Source: Lama guanicoe
Taxonomy: Eukaryota
DNA: 64,000 nucleotides
Assembly (NCBI GenBank): GCA_013239625.1
Contig: MU054187.1
Coordinates: 15,162,974-15,226,973, forward strand
Reading direction: 5' to 3'
Made by a program: the position numbers and the translations under genes. The number at the start of each line of letters is the position of its first letter. The stretch's first letter is position 1. Below are positions 1 through 12,779 of the stretch, piece by piece. The notes beneath the pieces were generated by a model that made no database searches, was not told where the DNA came from, and saw nothing but the letters and a program-made list of their open reading frames with translations.

Positions 1-45
1 TACATTAGTTCTAACAGTTTTTGATGGAATCTTTAGGGTTTTCTA
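1..45 (-). mobile_element. L1 ORF2 fragment (antisense), probably continuing left of the window
   Basis: Reverse complement reads TAGAAAACCCTAAAGATTCCATCAAAAACTGTTAGAACTAAT, typical of L1 ORF2 RT-region sequence. Confidence 0.7.
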
Positions 46-1730
46 AACATCACAAAGTAAGATCTATGCACAAAAGTACATTGCATCTCTAAAAAACAGA
101 AAATGTAATTTATAAAAGTATATCATTCATCATAGAACTAAAGACATATCAGGCAATAAGCCCGAATATAGATACTTCTGGCTTTTGTGGAGACAGTGAA
201 ACTTTTATGACAAACATTAAAGCAATCTAAACCAAAGGAGAGATAAAACCGTTTATGGATAGGAAGACTAATGTCACTAAAGTGTCAATTTTATGAAAAT
301 TTATCTTTAGGTACAATGCAATTCCATCAAAATATTTGTTTTAAAGATTTTTAAAAAGCTTAATATATTTATTGGAAAATACAGAAGAGTAGGGTCAGAA
401 GTTAGTCAAGCCATTTCTGATGAAATGCAATGAAACTGTAGATTTGCTCACCAGGAAATGAGGCATTTTCAAAATAATAATAATTGAGAGAGTCTGGTAT
501 TAACACAGTGAGAGGAACATTGAGCAATGGAACAGTGTAGAGAGGGGAGAAACAGACCCATACATTTCTGGTAATTTGATATATGATAGAGATGTTACTG
601 TAGATCACTGGGGAAAGTTATGTCTATTCAATAAATGGTGCTGAGACATTTGGTTATTTAGGGGAACTGATCACACTGTTCACACAAAACCATTTCATAT
701 GGATTAAAAATTTACAATGCTTAGAGGATAACAAAGTTGACTATGAGTTCAGAATATGGATGGATTCTAAAAATAAGATGCAAAATCACTAAAAAAGAGG
801 AAAGATTGATAAATTTTACTGCTTTAATATTAACCCCTTTTCATCAAACTACCTCATGAAAAGAGTGAAAACAAATCAAAACCCAGATAATATATTTTCA
901 GGAAATATAACTGAAAATAAATTTGTATCAAGAATAAAGAAATGCTACATATTAGTAAATAATTAACAAAATCCCAATAGTGCAATAGTCAAAATCAATC
1001 AACAGATATTTCAACAAAGGGAAAACAAACTTAGGGGAACAGAAAACAGAGAAACTTACGAAAAGATGTACAACCTTGGTAGAAATTAGGAAAATGCAAA
1101 TAAAATCCACATGAGATACAACTTAACATCCCCATGTCACCAAAAATTTAAGAGGCCAGAGGATGACAGGTGTTTTGAATTCTCACCGACTGCTGTGGGG
1201 GTGCATACTGGTGCAACTCCTTGGTACGTGCTGTTTTGCACTTCCCACAGCCTGGCAAGTCTACTTCTCTTTATATAAACCTGAGAAACTCTCATTTAGG
1301 TTCACCAAGAGAAGTGTACAAGGATTTTTTTTTATAGAAAAAATATCTGTAATGGAACATAACTGGATACAACTCAACTATCCATAGATGGGAGACTGAA
1401 TTAATAAATGGTGGTGTATTCACACAATAGAATAGTATACAGTGGTTAAATGAAAAAGCCACAACCACATTTAGAACATGGTTGAATATAACGATTTAGA
1501 AATTAAAAGGAGTTTTAGAAGATTGGGTGCAGTATGATATCACTCTTGCGAAGTTCAAAGGCGAGCACTATTAATGTTCAGATATACATATGCACATGTA
1601 ATAAAAGCATAAAGAAATAAGACATGAAAAACACAAGTTCCAGAATAGGGAGGGGTTGGGAAGGAGTCCCATTAGGCTTCACAATATGTACATATATATT
1701 CTTATGTATATATATAAATTATTACAAAGT
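46..1730 (+). mobile_element. Old, highly diverged L1 (L1M-type) ORF2 3' half plus 3' UTR
   Basis: A-rich strand with L1 landmarks in the expected order: atggataggaagactaat, caatgcaattccatcaaaat, attcaataaatggtgctg, ggaaaatgcaaataaaatccacatgagata, gtattcacacaatagaatagtatacag; no intact ORF. Confidence 0.85.
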
Positions 1731-2624
1731 AAAATCATCTATAGTGTTATTCAAGATAACAGACTTTTAATAAAGAACTGAGAATGAAGAATTTAGTAAA
1801 GTACTTAAAGATTTTGAAGATGACTGCTATTCTCATTAAATCTTCCTGAATTTCATTAATATTAGTTGGAAATTGAAGTCACTAACATGGTCTTTAGCAC
1901 AAAATTATAAATTACATAATATAAATAATTGTGAGGTTCTTGAAATACAGTACCACCTTGTGAATAGCAATAAGAGAACTGGACCAAATAATCAGCTGAG
2001 TAGGCTCCCAATCTGTCTTTGTGTCAGGATTCAGGACATATTTGGATAACTTGCCTACCTTCCTTGGACTCATTTTACCCACCTATGAAATTAGCATGTG
2101 TCTCTCTAATGTTCCTTTTGATTTAAAATGAATGCCAGCGCCATCCTCTGTATCTTAATGTGTCTTTTCTCGTTCTATTTTTATTTCTTCTTCCCCTAGG
2201 CCATAGCAACCAGAGAAAATACCTAAGGGCTATGCTCTAATCAGAGTGATAATTAATTTTATCTTCACCTAGATTTTTATGGAACTCCAATTGTAGGTTG
2301 TACAGTCCTTCCCTATCATAACCTCTGGGTGGCTCCAGCTCTCCCCTTACATACTTCTTAGGTGTGTCTTATTTCAATGATCTGCTGTGACAACCACCCC
2401 CTGACAACCCACTCCTACCTCAAGATGTCTTAGCCTTCAAGGTGCCTTCTAAACTAGCACCTGCCATCTCTTCATGTGCAAGCCTTCACTTCTCTTGAGT
2501 TGTCTGGAGTAAGAAAATCAGGTATCCCCAAATCCTTTAAAAATTTTATTCCATGAGTCCTTATGTAAAGGTGGCTTGTCCAGAGGTACTAGTGTCCTCT
2601 GCAACCAGCTAGACGACACCATGA

Positions 2625-2990
2625 ACACATTAGTTCGCTATTGCCACAATAACAGTGTGTAAAAGCTCACAAATTCAGTGGCTTACAACAAACAGTGGGT
2701 TTTTTGTTTTTTTTTTTAACTCATTTGTCTGCTTTAGGCTGTGGATCTACTGATCTTAGCACTACACGTCTGCATATTCTTCTTGGATCAGAGGTAACCT
2801 CGGGCCTTTTCTTTTCATGGCAGACCACAGGAGTGCCAGGAGGCAAGCCAGACCAAACCCATTTATGGCCTTTACTACAGTCATGGCCACTTACATTCCA
2901 TGGGCTAAAGCAGGTCATATAGCAAAGTCCAACATTAAGGGGGCGTGTGTACATGTGTGTGGGGAGGGGTATTCTCCAACTCTAATACAG
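2625..2990 (-). mobile_element. MaLR LTR (MLT1-type) fragment
   Basis: attagttcgctattgcc...ttcagtggcttacaacaaac and gcaggtcatatagcaaagtccaacatt resemble the MLT1 LTR reverse strand. Confidence 0.65.
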
Positions 2991-3399
2991 TGCGAGATCA
3001 CACGAGCCAGTGAAGGAATGAGAACCAGAATCCAAGTCTCCAGAAACACTCATTACATGGTACAAAATCAAAATAGAAGGTTAAAAAGAAGCACTCAGAG
3101 TAAACATAAAAGATATTTTTCTGAGGAGTTACAACTTTTCAATGTCATTTTAGCATAGTAGAGTGAGAAACCATCACTAAGATGATAGAAGTCAGTAGAT
3201 TCCCTCAATTTACACACGTGTTAGAGGAAACGTATGTTCAAATGAGATTACGTTGGTGTATAATCCAGACAGTGACAAACACACGAAATATATTCTCCTG
3301 CTACTCTGAGGACTGGAGACAATAATCTAAAATGCAACATGATGAATTTGGGGTCTAATCTAATGAATGACAGTCAGTGGAAATGTGGTGGGAACATCC

Positions 3400-3620
3400 C
3401 CAAGTTTGAAACCAGGTATGTCTGGTTTGGAATCCTGGCCCCTGAAGATCGCCAGGTTTGAGCTGGCAAACTGCTTAGATCCTCTGGGACTCATGTCCTA
3501 GTCTGTAAAATGGTGATAATATCATCCTTAAGATATTGTTGTGAGGATCTATGAACAGGTACGTGAAGTACTTAACACAATATCTGATAGTTGACACTCA
3601 AGAAGTCACAGCTATCATTC
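3400..3620 (+). mobile_element. MIR SINE
   Basis: ggtttggaatcctggc...tctgtaaaatggtgataat...ttgtgaggat MIR core. Confidence 0.8.
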
Positions 3621-4575
3621 TGGCAACATTTGTAATATACCCTAAGGAGCATCTTATACTTTCCTGGATGTCTTTTAAAACAGAATTTCTTTCCTCTAAA
3701 ATGGCTAAAGTGTAATTTCACTTGAAAATTGGATGATATCCTCCTAAGTGCTCTTCAAAAATCTATGATTCAATGATTCCAAAAGAACCTTATTTATTCA
3801 TTTCAGAAAACCATTTGCCACACTGCTGCATACTTTCAGATGTGCAAATAAAGAGATCCCAGCTGGTTGTTTTATTTTCAAACAACTACAAAGGAAACAG
3901 TAGAATTTTGGCTTCTTGGAATTTTCCTTTGAAAATTTTCACAACCATGTGTGGTTGGAATCTGGCATTTATCTTTTGCTTCCACTCTGGAAATTTATAC
4001 AGCTCTCTAGCATTTCGTTTGGGTCACATAACTCTTCAATTCTTGGTCACAGTCTTCCACTTGTATAATTTCCTTCCAGTGTGAAAAAACCATATACCAT
4101 AATGTGTCTACACAGCAAGACTTCAAGCATAGTAACTGCCCATGGATTAGAAGAGCTCATACAACCAGATCACTCATGAACAGTAAGAAAAGAAAAAACA
4201 TGCATTGGCGATTGTCTTATGTGAATGACCACATGAGTGTACAGGATATACTCAGCCAGATGAATTTTATAACCATTGACTTTATAAGAATAATAGAATA
4301 CATATTATATAACTCATATACAGAAAACCATACCAGTTTCTAAGTGGCCAGAGAAGTCCTCCCAATATTTAAAATTCTTTAATGTTTTGTTTTATGAACT
4401 TTCAAAACCAGCTCTTTTAAGATGATCTAGGTGATGTGAATTGACATCAGACATCTACTTCCTTGCCCTGTCCATCCTTTCTTGCATCTAGGACAACTCT
4501 GAATGCTCTGCCTATACATTAAAGAGAAAAGTCATCCTAGAGAGAAGTTTCTAAAGAAACTAAAATCTCAGAAGA

Positions 4576-4577
<2 letters not shown>

Positions 4578-4607
<30 letters not shown>

Positions 4608-4614
4608 TTTTTTT
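4578..4614. repeat. (TTC)n microsatellite followed by a poly-T run
   Basis: Direct reading. Confidence 0.9.
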
Positions 4615-5089
4615 GGTTAAAAAAAATCCAACCTCCTTACTGGGACGTTTCCCTGGTTCTTTTGCCTACATCTTGACTATGACTTTTTCACAGCTGACTT
4701 TCATGTTTCTTTCTATTTCCTTGTAGGGCCTTTTGTGGACTTCTTATTCTAAGGTCTACTAGGTCTAACTCTGATCACTATTCTCTTACTCTTCGATACT
4801 GATTCCTTCCCTGTCTAGAAAAATAGCACCTGCCTCCAACTAACTTATAATTTTGTGAACCAAAATACTATTACTTTGTGAATCCAAAGTCATATTGATT
4901 TTGTTTGACCTGATTGATGGAGAGCATAATTTATAGGACTTTCTAGCTTCCACACTTGCCATCAAAACTTCCTTTTATCTATCCATCCATCCATTCATCC
5001 ATTCTTTCTTCCTTCCATCCATTGAATGCCAGCTATGTGCCAGACATTCTGCTAAGCCCCCGAATATGGAAAACATGGAGTCCAGAAAA

Positions 5090-5255
5090 GCAGCAGTGAA
5101 AGCCTGTGAGCACTTAGATCCAGACTCTGATACTTACTGGTTGTGTCTCTTTGGCCAAGTTCCTTGAACCTTCTGTCCTTCAGTTTTCTCACCTGCAGAA
5201 TGAGAATAAAAGTGACCTCTTTCAAAGAATTGTTTGGAGGATTAAACAATGCATA
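5090..5255 (+). mobile_element. MIR SINE (preceded by an (ATCC)n/L2 tail fragment at about 4980-5055)
   Basis: ctttggccaagttccttgaaccttctgtccttcagttttctcacctgcagaatgag...gggaggattaaa. Confidence 0.8.
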
Positions 5256-5909
5256 TGTCTATGTTGCATAGAGAATCCATAGATTATTCTGTAAACAGTG
5301 CTAGTCCTGTGCCCTCAGACCTGTCCAGTCACCATTCCTGTCCTGGTCCTTGGACTTCACTTTCTCACCCATTGTGAGAAAACAAGAGGGGCAGTTCATA
5401 TTGAAAAGTAGCCACAAACATCAGGAAACCCATTAAAAGACAGGGTCATAATAATATGGTTCTTCTTATTTGAAGAATCTCTTTTTTTTGATGGACTTTG
5501 AATGTCAGAGACAGATATTACAGTTCTGACTTAACAAGGGGTTATTTATTATAGTGTATCCTGTGTCAGAGCTAAAAATGTTACAGGTTTGTGCAGCCAT
5601 AAAATTTTGCTTCACTTGATAATGAAGACTCTTCAGAAAGACTATTGTTGCTTCTGGGGCTCAGAGGACACTCTGGGCTAGGAGCAGTATACTGGGTCTT
5701 CACATGCGTGTAGTCCTCAGACATTTGCACTTCTTTGCTTTATGTTTATGCAATCTTACAACATAATGGGATAGTATTTTAATAGTGATGGCATAGGAAT
5801 ATTCAGCTGTGTGTGCTTTAGCAGAATTAAAATAGTTTAAATTAGTAACCAGGATCTGTCTTCATGATCCAAGTGTATTACCATATTTGTATATGCGATA
5901 GGAAAAACA

Positions 5910-6110
5910 TTATTTCATTCATTATTCAATTGACTAACAGTTATTATCATGGACTAGGCACTCAGGATACAGATATAGAAGACACAAATGCAGAAGACAG
6001 TTCATGTCTTCAAGGAACTGATAATCTAATGGAAAAGACCAGAGATAAACATTTACTAAAATGTTGATAACACTATTAGAGGTAAACCCAGAGATTTAAA
6101 GAACTAAAGA
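5910..6110 (-). mobile_element. L2 LINE 3' fragment
   Basis: ttcattcattattcaat...ctaggcactcaggatacag...tcttcaaggaactgataatctaatgg. Confidence 0.65.
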
Positions 6111-7064
6111 GAGGCCAAAGAGAGTGTGCACTCTTTGCCATGTTTGATGGCCACTGAATTTTCCTCTGTGATTTAGTAGATACTATGTAAATATGGACAA
6201 CATTCTCTAACACAGCTAAGTACACAAGTTTGGATCCTGCTTGAAGAAGCTAATAAGGATTGGTTCCTTGCATAAAATTTTTCTGAAAAAATACAGTCAA
6301 TGGGTTATTATCTCTGTATAAAATGATTTACTTTTTATTTTTCCTAAATTAACTGAGTTTTTGGCCTGCTTGTTTTATTCCTTTGATGATATGTAGGCAT
6401 AACCACAGATATCTGCATAGTCTGAGAAAGTCTGAGATGATGTAAGCTTGGAATGTCTCATAGGAAGAGGGTTTGCGACAAGTAGGGAGGAAAAAAAAGA
6501 CCTCTAGAATGGGAAGAATCACCTCTTATTTGCAATTTTATGAGAAATCAGAGTTAAGTCATAAAAAAACGACCAAGTAATTAGAGGAAGAACAATGTGA
6601 CTTTCATTATACCATAAATTGTGTGATTCTCCTCTACTTTTCCCTTCTTGCCAATTCAGTTTGGTATGATTGTGAAATTCTATTAATAAGCATCATAAAC
6701 CCTTTCATTTCAAGTCATTTTAGTTACCCAATAAAATGTTTCTTGTAAGACTAAGTGCTAATACTTAAGAGCTTGTTTTTCTCTTCCCAAAACTATTCAT
6801 TTGCTAAGTCTGAAAATCTTATCAGAATTTAATTCTTTCTATTTAAGACTTTATACTATAATCTTTGGACACTTCTCTGTTTTGTATAGAAAACCAACTC
6901 TCTTTAATTGAACACGTCTGTATTAAAAGCCCATAATATGGTATTCAGGGCAGGAAATTTAAAGAAGAATGAGTCACAGTTCCTGCATATAAGTAGCTTT
7001 CCATCTAGACAAGACAGAACTGAATGTGAACAATACCTAGAATACAGATAATTGACACAAGCTA

Positions 7065-7400
7065 TGATTTATTCAGCCCTTAGACAAAAACGTGTTTCAC
7101 ATCTGCCGTGTTCTGAGCATTATGTGAGATTCTGGGGCTACAGCCATGAAGAAAGCAGGCACATTATGTGGCCTCAGTTTGGTGGGGCTGACATATATTA
7201 ACCAAGAAATTATGAGCCTTCGCTCTGGGCCAGACACCCTAAAACCAAAGATAGAAGATCCTGCCTCAGGTGCTGACAGTTTAATGAAGAGGATGGGCCG
7301 TAAATTAAGCAATGACTAAGCTTCATGATAAGTGCACTAGTAGAAGTGAAGGCAGGACATTACAGAAGGACAAAGGAGGGGCCGAGAGAAAGTGCAGCCA
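7065..7400 (-). mobile_element. L2 LINE fragment(s)
   Basis: ctggggctacagccatgaagaaagcag and gatcctgcctcaggtgctgacagtttaatg, L2 3' region reverse strand. Confidence 0.6.
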
Positions 7401-8305
7401 TCATCCTATTTACTAACCATAAATTTCTTCTCTGAGTTTTATTCCATGCCATATAAATATGGGCAACACTTTGTGGCACAGGCTTGGTGAGCAACTGAGT
7501 ATATGTTGAATGTCACAGAGGAAATGAGAATATATCCAAAGAAATGATTAATTCTCTTTGGTATCATTGGGAATAGCTTCAGGAAAGTGATTCTATTGGA
7601 GCTGAGTTCTTCACGAAGGATTCCTCATGTTCCAGGAGAGGAGAATTCCAGACCGAGGAATCAGTGTGAGCTGATCTCCAGAGGCAGGAAAGTATAGGTA
7701 TTTAACACTTGGTGAATAATCCCACATGGCTAGATTTTGAGATTTAAGATTGTTAAGCCAAGAAGAGCATTTTACTAAGTGCTTTTTCAGGTCTTGAAAG
7801 GCCTTGCATGCCTTTAACAAAAAACCCCAAAAAACTCAGGCTTTATCTTGAAAGCAAACTTCAATATGGGGGAAAATAAAGGGAAGGCACCTGGTTCCTA
7901 TGCCGAGGTATCAGAGAGATACCCAGAAAGAAGTAATAAAGGCAAAGCCCAGGGAAATTAGTATAAAATTTACTTCTAGCAGTTTCACACATTTGTTTAA
8001 ACCTAAGTATAATGTTCATTCATTGAATTCCTAAGTTTTGTTGAGAAATGAAGTACCTCATACACTGCTATTATCAGGCGGGGAGCAAAAAATATGAAAT
8101 ATAGTGCATGACCACGAGGAAGGCAGATATATTAACAAGTCACAGTGATCTAAGCAGCATAAATGAAGGCTGAGATAGAGGACAACATGTACGGAAAGAA
8201 GTAAGTAATTCTGAAAGGTTTAGAAAGGGTTCATGCATCAGCAGGCTGAATTTAGAGCCTGCAGCCTATGACGTGTCTTCATTATAATCACAGCTCTTTG
8301 CGGCT

Positions 8306-8650
8306 TGTCTTAAGTGAAGTTCCCTGGAAACAGGTTCTGAGATGGAAAGTCACACGTGGAAGATTTACGGGGTAGCTCTTTTGAAAGAAAAAGAAGAGAA
8401 AGAAAGAGAAACTAACCTGTGACGCAGTGGCACTGAGGACTCGGTCCGTTCTACGGAAACCTCTGGAGCTTGGAGCTCCTTCAGAAATGGGCTAAATTGA
8501 GGTAATTGGGACAGACCTTTGTATCGAGGCATCAGTCAATCACTGGCAGCTGGGAATCCCCTGGAAGAGGTATAACCTTGGGTGAGGCAGCTGGGGCGGT
8601 TCCCAGTGATGGATAGAGCTGGGAGCTGTCAGCAACTTTTCATTCCAGAC
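8306..8650 (-). mobile_element. ERVL LTR, LTR16-like
   Basis: tgtcttaagtgaagttccctggaaacaggttctgagatgg...ctctggagct...ccttcagaa...aaccttgggtgaggcagct matches the recalled LTR16 consensus. Confidence 0.7.
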
Positions 8651-8899
8651 GAGGCCAAGATGGTAGATGGAAACCCGATTCCATGCTGAAAAATTTCCTT
8701 TTAGTTTTTCCATTGTAGGCTGCAGACAGCCATAGAACGTTTTTAAGATGATAAGAAAGAACATATGTTGATTTTGATTTTTAGGAAGTTACTTCTGCAG
8801 CAACATAAAGGGCGATTTGGCGAGGTGATTGATGCTGGCAAGTGAAACTGCTAGCTTGGAGGCTGTTGTAACAGTTTAAGGCCCAGTTCAAAACAGTTA

Positions 8900-9160
8900 A
8901 GGCCGAATTCAAACCTGTATGAAGTTTTCCCAAACCTCCCCAAGCAGAACACTCACTTTTTCTACCATTCTTCCGTAGCTCTTTTGCTATGTTTTTATTT
9001 CAGCCCCTACTACAATCTGACTTTATATTATCAGTGGTTGATTCTGTGCATCTTCCTATTTACTCTGAGTTCTTTTGAGACAGTAGCCATTCACGCTTAT
9101 CTGTACCTCCCCGGGGACCATCCTTGAGCCATGAATAGAATTTGATAAAAGCATTTTGAG
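8900..9160 (+). mobile_element. L2 LINE 3' end
   Basis: tgaagttttcccaaacctcccca...ctctgagttcttttgagacagtagcc...tttgataaaagcattttg. Confidence 0.6.
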
Positions 9161-10169
9161 CTGGTTCAGAGAAGTTCAGATCAGAGCTGAGATGGGGAGT
9201 TTCTAAAGTGGAGCCAGTAGGAATGGAGAAGAGAATGACAGGAATGAGGGAGACCCTGAAGAGGCAGAAATGTGAGAAATAACTTTCGAGACTTCGGCAT
9301 AACTTCTGTAACACAGACGTTATTTGTACATCAAATGCACTGAAACACAACTGTCCACTTGTATGTATTTATCTATTTGGTACATTTTCCGGGGCCATTT
9401 CTTAAAACATTTTCCCTCTTTACATCACTTATTCAGAGTTTGTTTTTCCAATTCCACATCAAAGAGGAAAGAAAAGTTGCAAGTTGTTTTCCACCCCTTA
9501 AACTAATGCTGTTTTGTAACATGCCTAAGTAAGGCTTTCAAGTTCAGGTAACATTTCTGCCTTAGCGAAAACATTTTTTGGATAAGACGTCTTTCTGCCC
9601 ATATTCCCAATGAATGCCCCCAACTCTTGTGCCAACTCTGCCAAGGTCTGAAGACCCCCCAAAACTGTCAAGACTTCCAGAAAGGCAAGAGTGATATATT
9701 TTCCTTTCTCAGGGTATGAATTGGTCAAAACAAGAAATGGCATATAAAAATTGAAAATTAAAATATATCTTGGAATGTGAGAAAGATTTTGATTCAAATG
9801 GGGAAAATATCCCAAAGCTGAGAGTGAACACATTTAATCTGCAAAAAGACATTAAAATGTAGTGACAGAAGCATGGGGTATGTCATCGGGAAATACAGAC
9901 TGACAAACTGACCGTGAGCAACTCAGTGTCCCTATGTATTATTTGGATTGCAATAAAACTGAAATAACACTATTTCCTATTCTAACCAGCTCATAGAGTT
10001 GATATAAGGATACAAATAAGTGGAAATAGTTTCTACATTGTAAAATACTATGTAATTCTTAGTTCATGCAATGTTTATCCTCCAAATATTTTTGTTTTGA
10101 AATAACCCATAACTAGAACAACAGACTTCAATACTAGAATACCTGGTGTTTGGTTTTGGTTGTAATAAT

Positions 10170-10400
10170 GGTAGCTAAAATTGACTAAGTATTTACTCTC
10201 TTACTGGCCACTGTGTTGAGAACTATCTCCTTTAATTCTCCTAAGAACCCTATGGTGGAGGTAAAATCATTCTGCCCATTTTACAGAGAAGGAAACCAAA
10301 GTATGTTTAGAGAAACAAAATAACTTTAAAGATCTGTTAAGTGGCAGATAGTATCTGCATGTCTTTAGAGCCTAAACTGTTTACATTTAGCAATATGCTA
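10170..10400 (-). mobile_element. MIR SINE
   Basis: tttaattctcctaagaaccctatg...cccattttacagagaaggaaacc. Confidence 0.8.
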
Positions 10401-10677
10401 CACTATTACATGTATATAGACTAACAGTGATGGATTTAACTCCTGAGCGTGTTTTGTGTTGTGTATGCGTGTCTGAGCATGCTTATTATACATATAAGTA
10501 TGCATAAGTAAATACCTACAACAGGGAAACTTGATCATCAGGAAAGTTTGCGGCTACAGACATTGAGGGTGTACGTAACTAAAGATAATAAGTAACCAGC
10601 CCAACCTTCCTTCTCTTAGAATAATGTATTTGGAAATAGTCTACCATGTGCAAAACGCCATGCTCAATCCTCCAGAG

Positions 10678-10810
10678 CAGTGCTATCCAACAGAAATGTA
10701 ATGAGAGCCATATGTGTAATTTTAAATATCCTAATAGCCACATTGAAAGAGTAAAAGAAACAGTTGAAATTAATTTTGGTAACAATACTAAATGTATCAA
10801 GTGATTTCAA
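10678..10810 (+). mobile_element. MER33-like hAT-Charlie DNA transposon fragment
   Basis: cagtgctatccaacagaaatgtaatgagagccatatgtgtaattttaaatatcctaatagccacatt...gaaattaatttt. Confidence 0.75.
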
Positions 10811-10918
10811 TCCCTACTTCCCTTGCAGACATGAGGAAAAAAGGATTCATAGAAAAATTAAATCCCTGTCCTATTTAACAAAATCAAGGCTGGATTTTCA
10901 GTTTTAAAAGTTTCTACT

Positions 10919-11970
10919 ATATACACATCAATAGCAAAAACAAAACAAAACAATTCCGAGCAATCTGATTTAAAAATGGGCAGAGAATTTGAATAGACAT
11001 TTTTTCCAAAGAAGACACACAGATGGCCAAAATGTACTTGAAAAGGTGCTCATCATCACTAATCACTAGGAAAACGCAAGTCAAAACCACAATGAGGTAT
11101 CACCTCACACCCGTTAGAATGGCTACTATCCAAAAGACAAGAAATCCCAAGTGTGCATGAGAAAAAGCAGAAAAGGGAACCTTTGTGCACTGATGGTGGG
11201 AAACAGGATAGAATTTTCTCAAAAATTAAAACAGTATGGAAAACAGTATGGAGGTTTCTCAAAAATTAAAAATGAAACTACCATATGATCCAGCAATTCC
11301 ACTTTAGGGTATTTATCCTAAAAAAGTGAAAATAGTAACTCAAAAAGATAACTGTACCCCCACGTTCATTGCAGCATTATTTACAATAATAGTCAAGATA
11401 TAGAAACAAACTAAGTGTCCACTGATGGATGTATGAGTAAAGAAAACGTGGTATAAACTCTATATATACAATATAATATTACTCAGGTATACAAAGAATG
11501 AAATCTTGCCACTTAAGATAACATGAATGAACTTGAGGTCATTATGCTAAATGAATTACATCAGGCGGAGAAAGACAATACTGTATAGACTCCTATGTGA
11601 AATCTAAAAAAACAAAAACATAAACAAAACAAAACTGAGCTTACAGAAATAGAGAACAGATTGGTGGTTGCCAGTGGTGGGGAGTGGGTAGGTAAAATGA
11701 GTGAAGAGGGTCAAAAGCTACAAACTTCCCATCATAAAACAGATAAGTCATGAGGATGTAACGTACAGCGTGGTGATTATAGTTAACAATACTGTTTCGC
11801 ATATTTGAAATCTTAGAGAACTTAAAAGTTCTCATCACCAGAAAAGAAACTGTGTAATGACACATGAGGATGGATGTTACTTACTGTGGTGATCCTTTTG
11901 CAATATATACAAACACAGAATCATTACGTTGTACACCTGAAGCTAGAGTAATATGACAATTACAGCTGAA
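10919..11970 (+). mobile_element. 5'-truncated L1 (L1MA-like) ORF2 end plus 3' UTR with target-site duplication
   Basis: Classic L1 3' landmarks (aaaatgggcagagaatttgaatagacat, ctaccatatgatccagcaattccac, gttgtacacctgaa); flanks AAAAGTTTCTACT (10906-10918) and AAGAGTTTCTACT (11971-11983). Confidence 0.93.
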
Positions 11971-12209
11971 AAGAGTTTCTACTTTTGATACTCTTGAGCT
12001 GCTCTGGGCAATCTACACCTGCAGTTCACCAGGCTTGTTTTGCAGGATTCTCGTTTTTGAGATAGTTGTTTGTGTTTTATGTACAATCCTTGATGAAATA
12101 AATAACGAATTTCTCTTTTGAGTTTTTCCTGAACAATATTTGTATCCAACCCATAATCATATCCTCTCTAGAGACATGTTCTATCCAACTATATTCCAAG
12201 CAAAGTGGT

Positions 12210-12345
12210 TATTAGTTATTCAAATCCAGCAAATATGTGTTGATTGCCTGCCATACACCAACTGCAGGTATGAGATAGTTCTTTCACAGGTGGGGCTCAT
12301 AGAGTAGGCCAGAGGAAAGGCAGACAAATACATAAATATGTGTAA
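12210..12345 (-). mobile_element. L2 LINE 3' fragment
   Basis: attcaaatccagcaaatatgtgttgattgcctgccatacacca. Confidence 0.55.
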
Positions 12346-12779
12346 CAAAATGTAATGAGTGATCTGTTTCTGTAATGTAAAAAATAGAGATAGTATATGG
12401 GTACTTGTTTTCCTCCAAACTCTTATTTGTTTCAAACAAACTACATGAGAGAATAAGACACAATTGCTTGGAGGGTAGAAAAAATAGTAACCATTGCCTG
12501 AAAGGAGTGAAGTTTGAGACTTTGTCAACTGAGAAATTGATGACTATTTGGAATCTTCTATACACTATAACTTTGGCATGTTTTCAGTATGTATAAATCT
12601 TAAAGTTATACAGGTGGTCTGTACTATTTTATTATCAACTTTTAAACTTGGTCAGTTACACAATAGAAATAGTAAATGGGGTTGCAGGAAAAGAACTGAA
12701 TGAGAGAAACCATTTACATACAATCACGAGTGTCAATTTTATTTTAAAATGTAGTAAATGTTGGTTATTTGGGGCTATC

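Noticed and set aside
9525..9833. Protein-like minus-strand ORF (…LAELAQELGAFIG…)
   Set aside because: No recognisable homology and no convincing splice donor or promoter context
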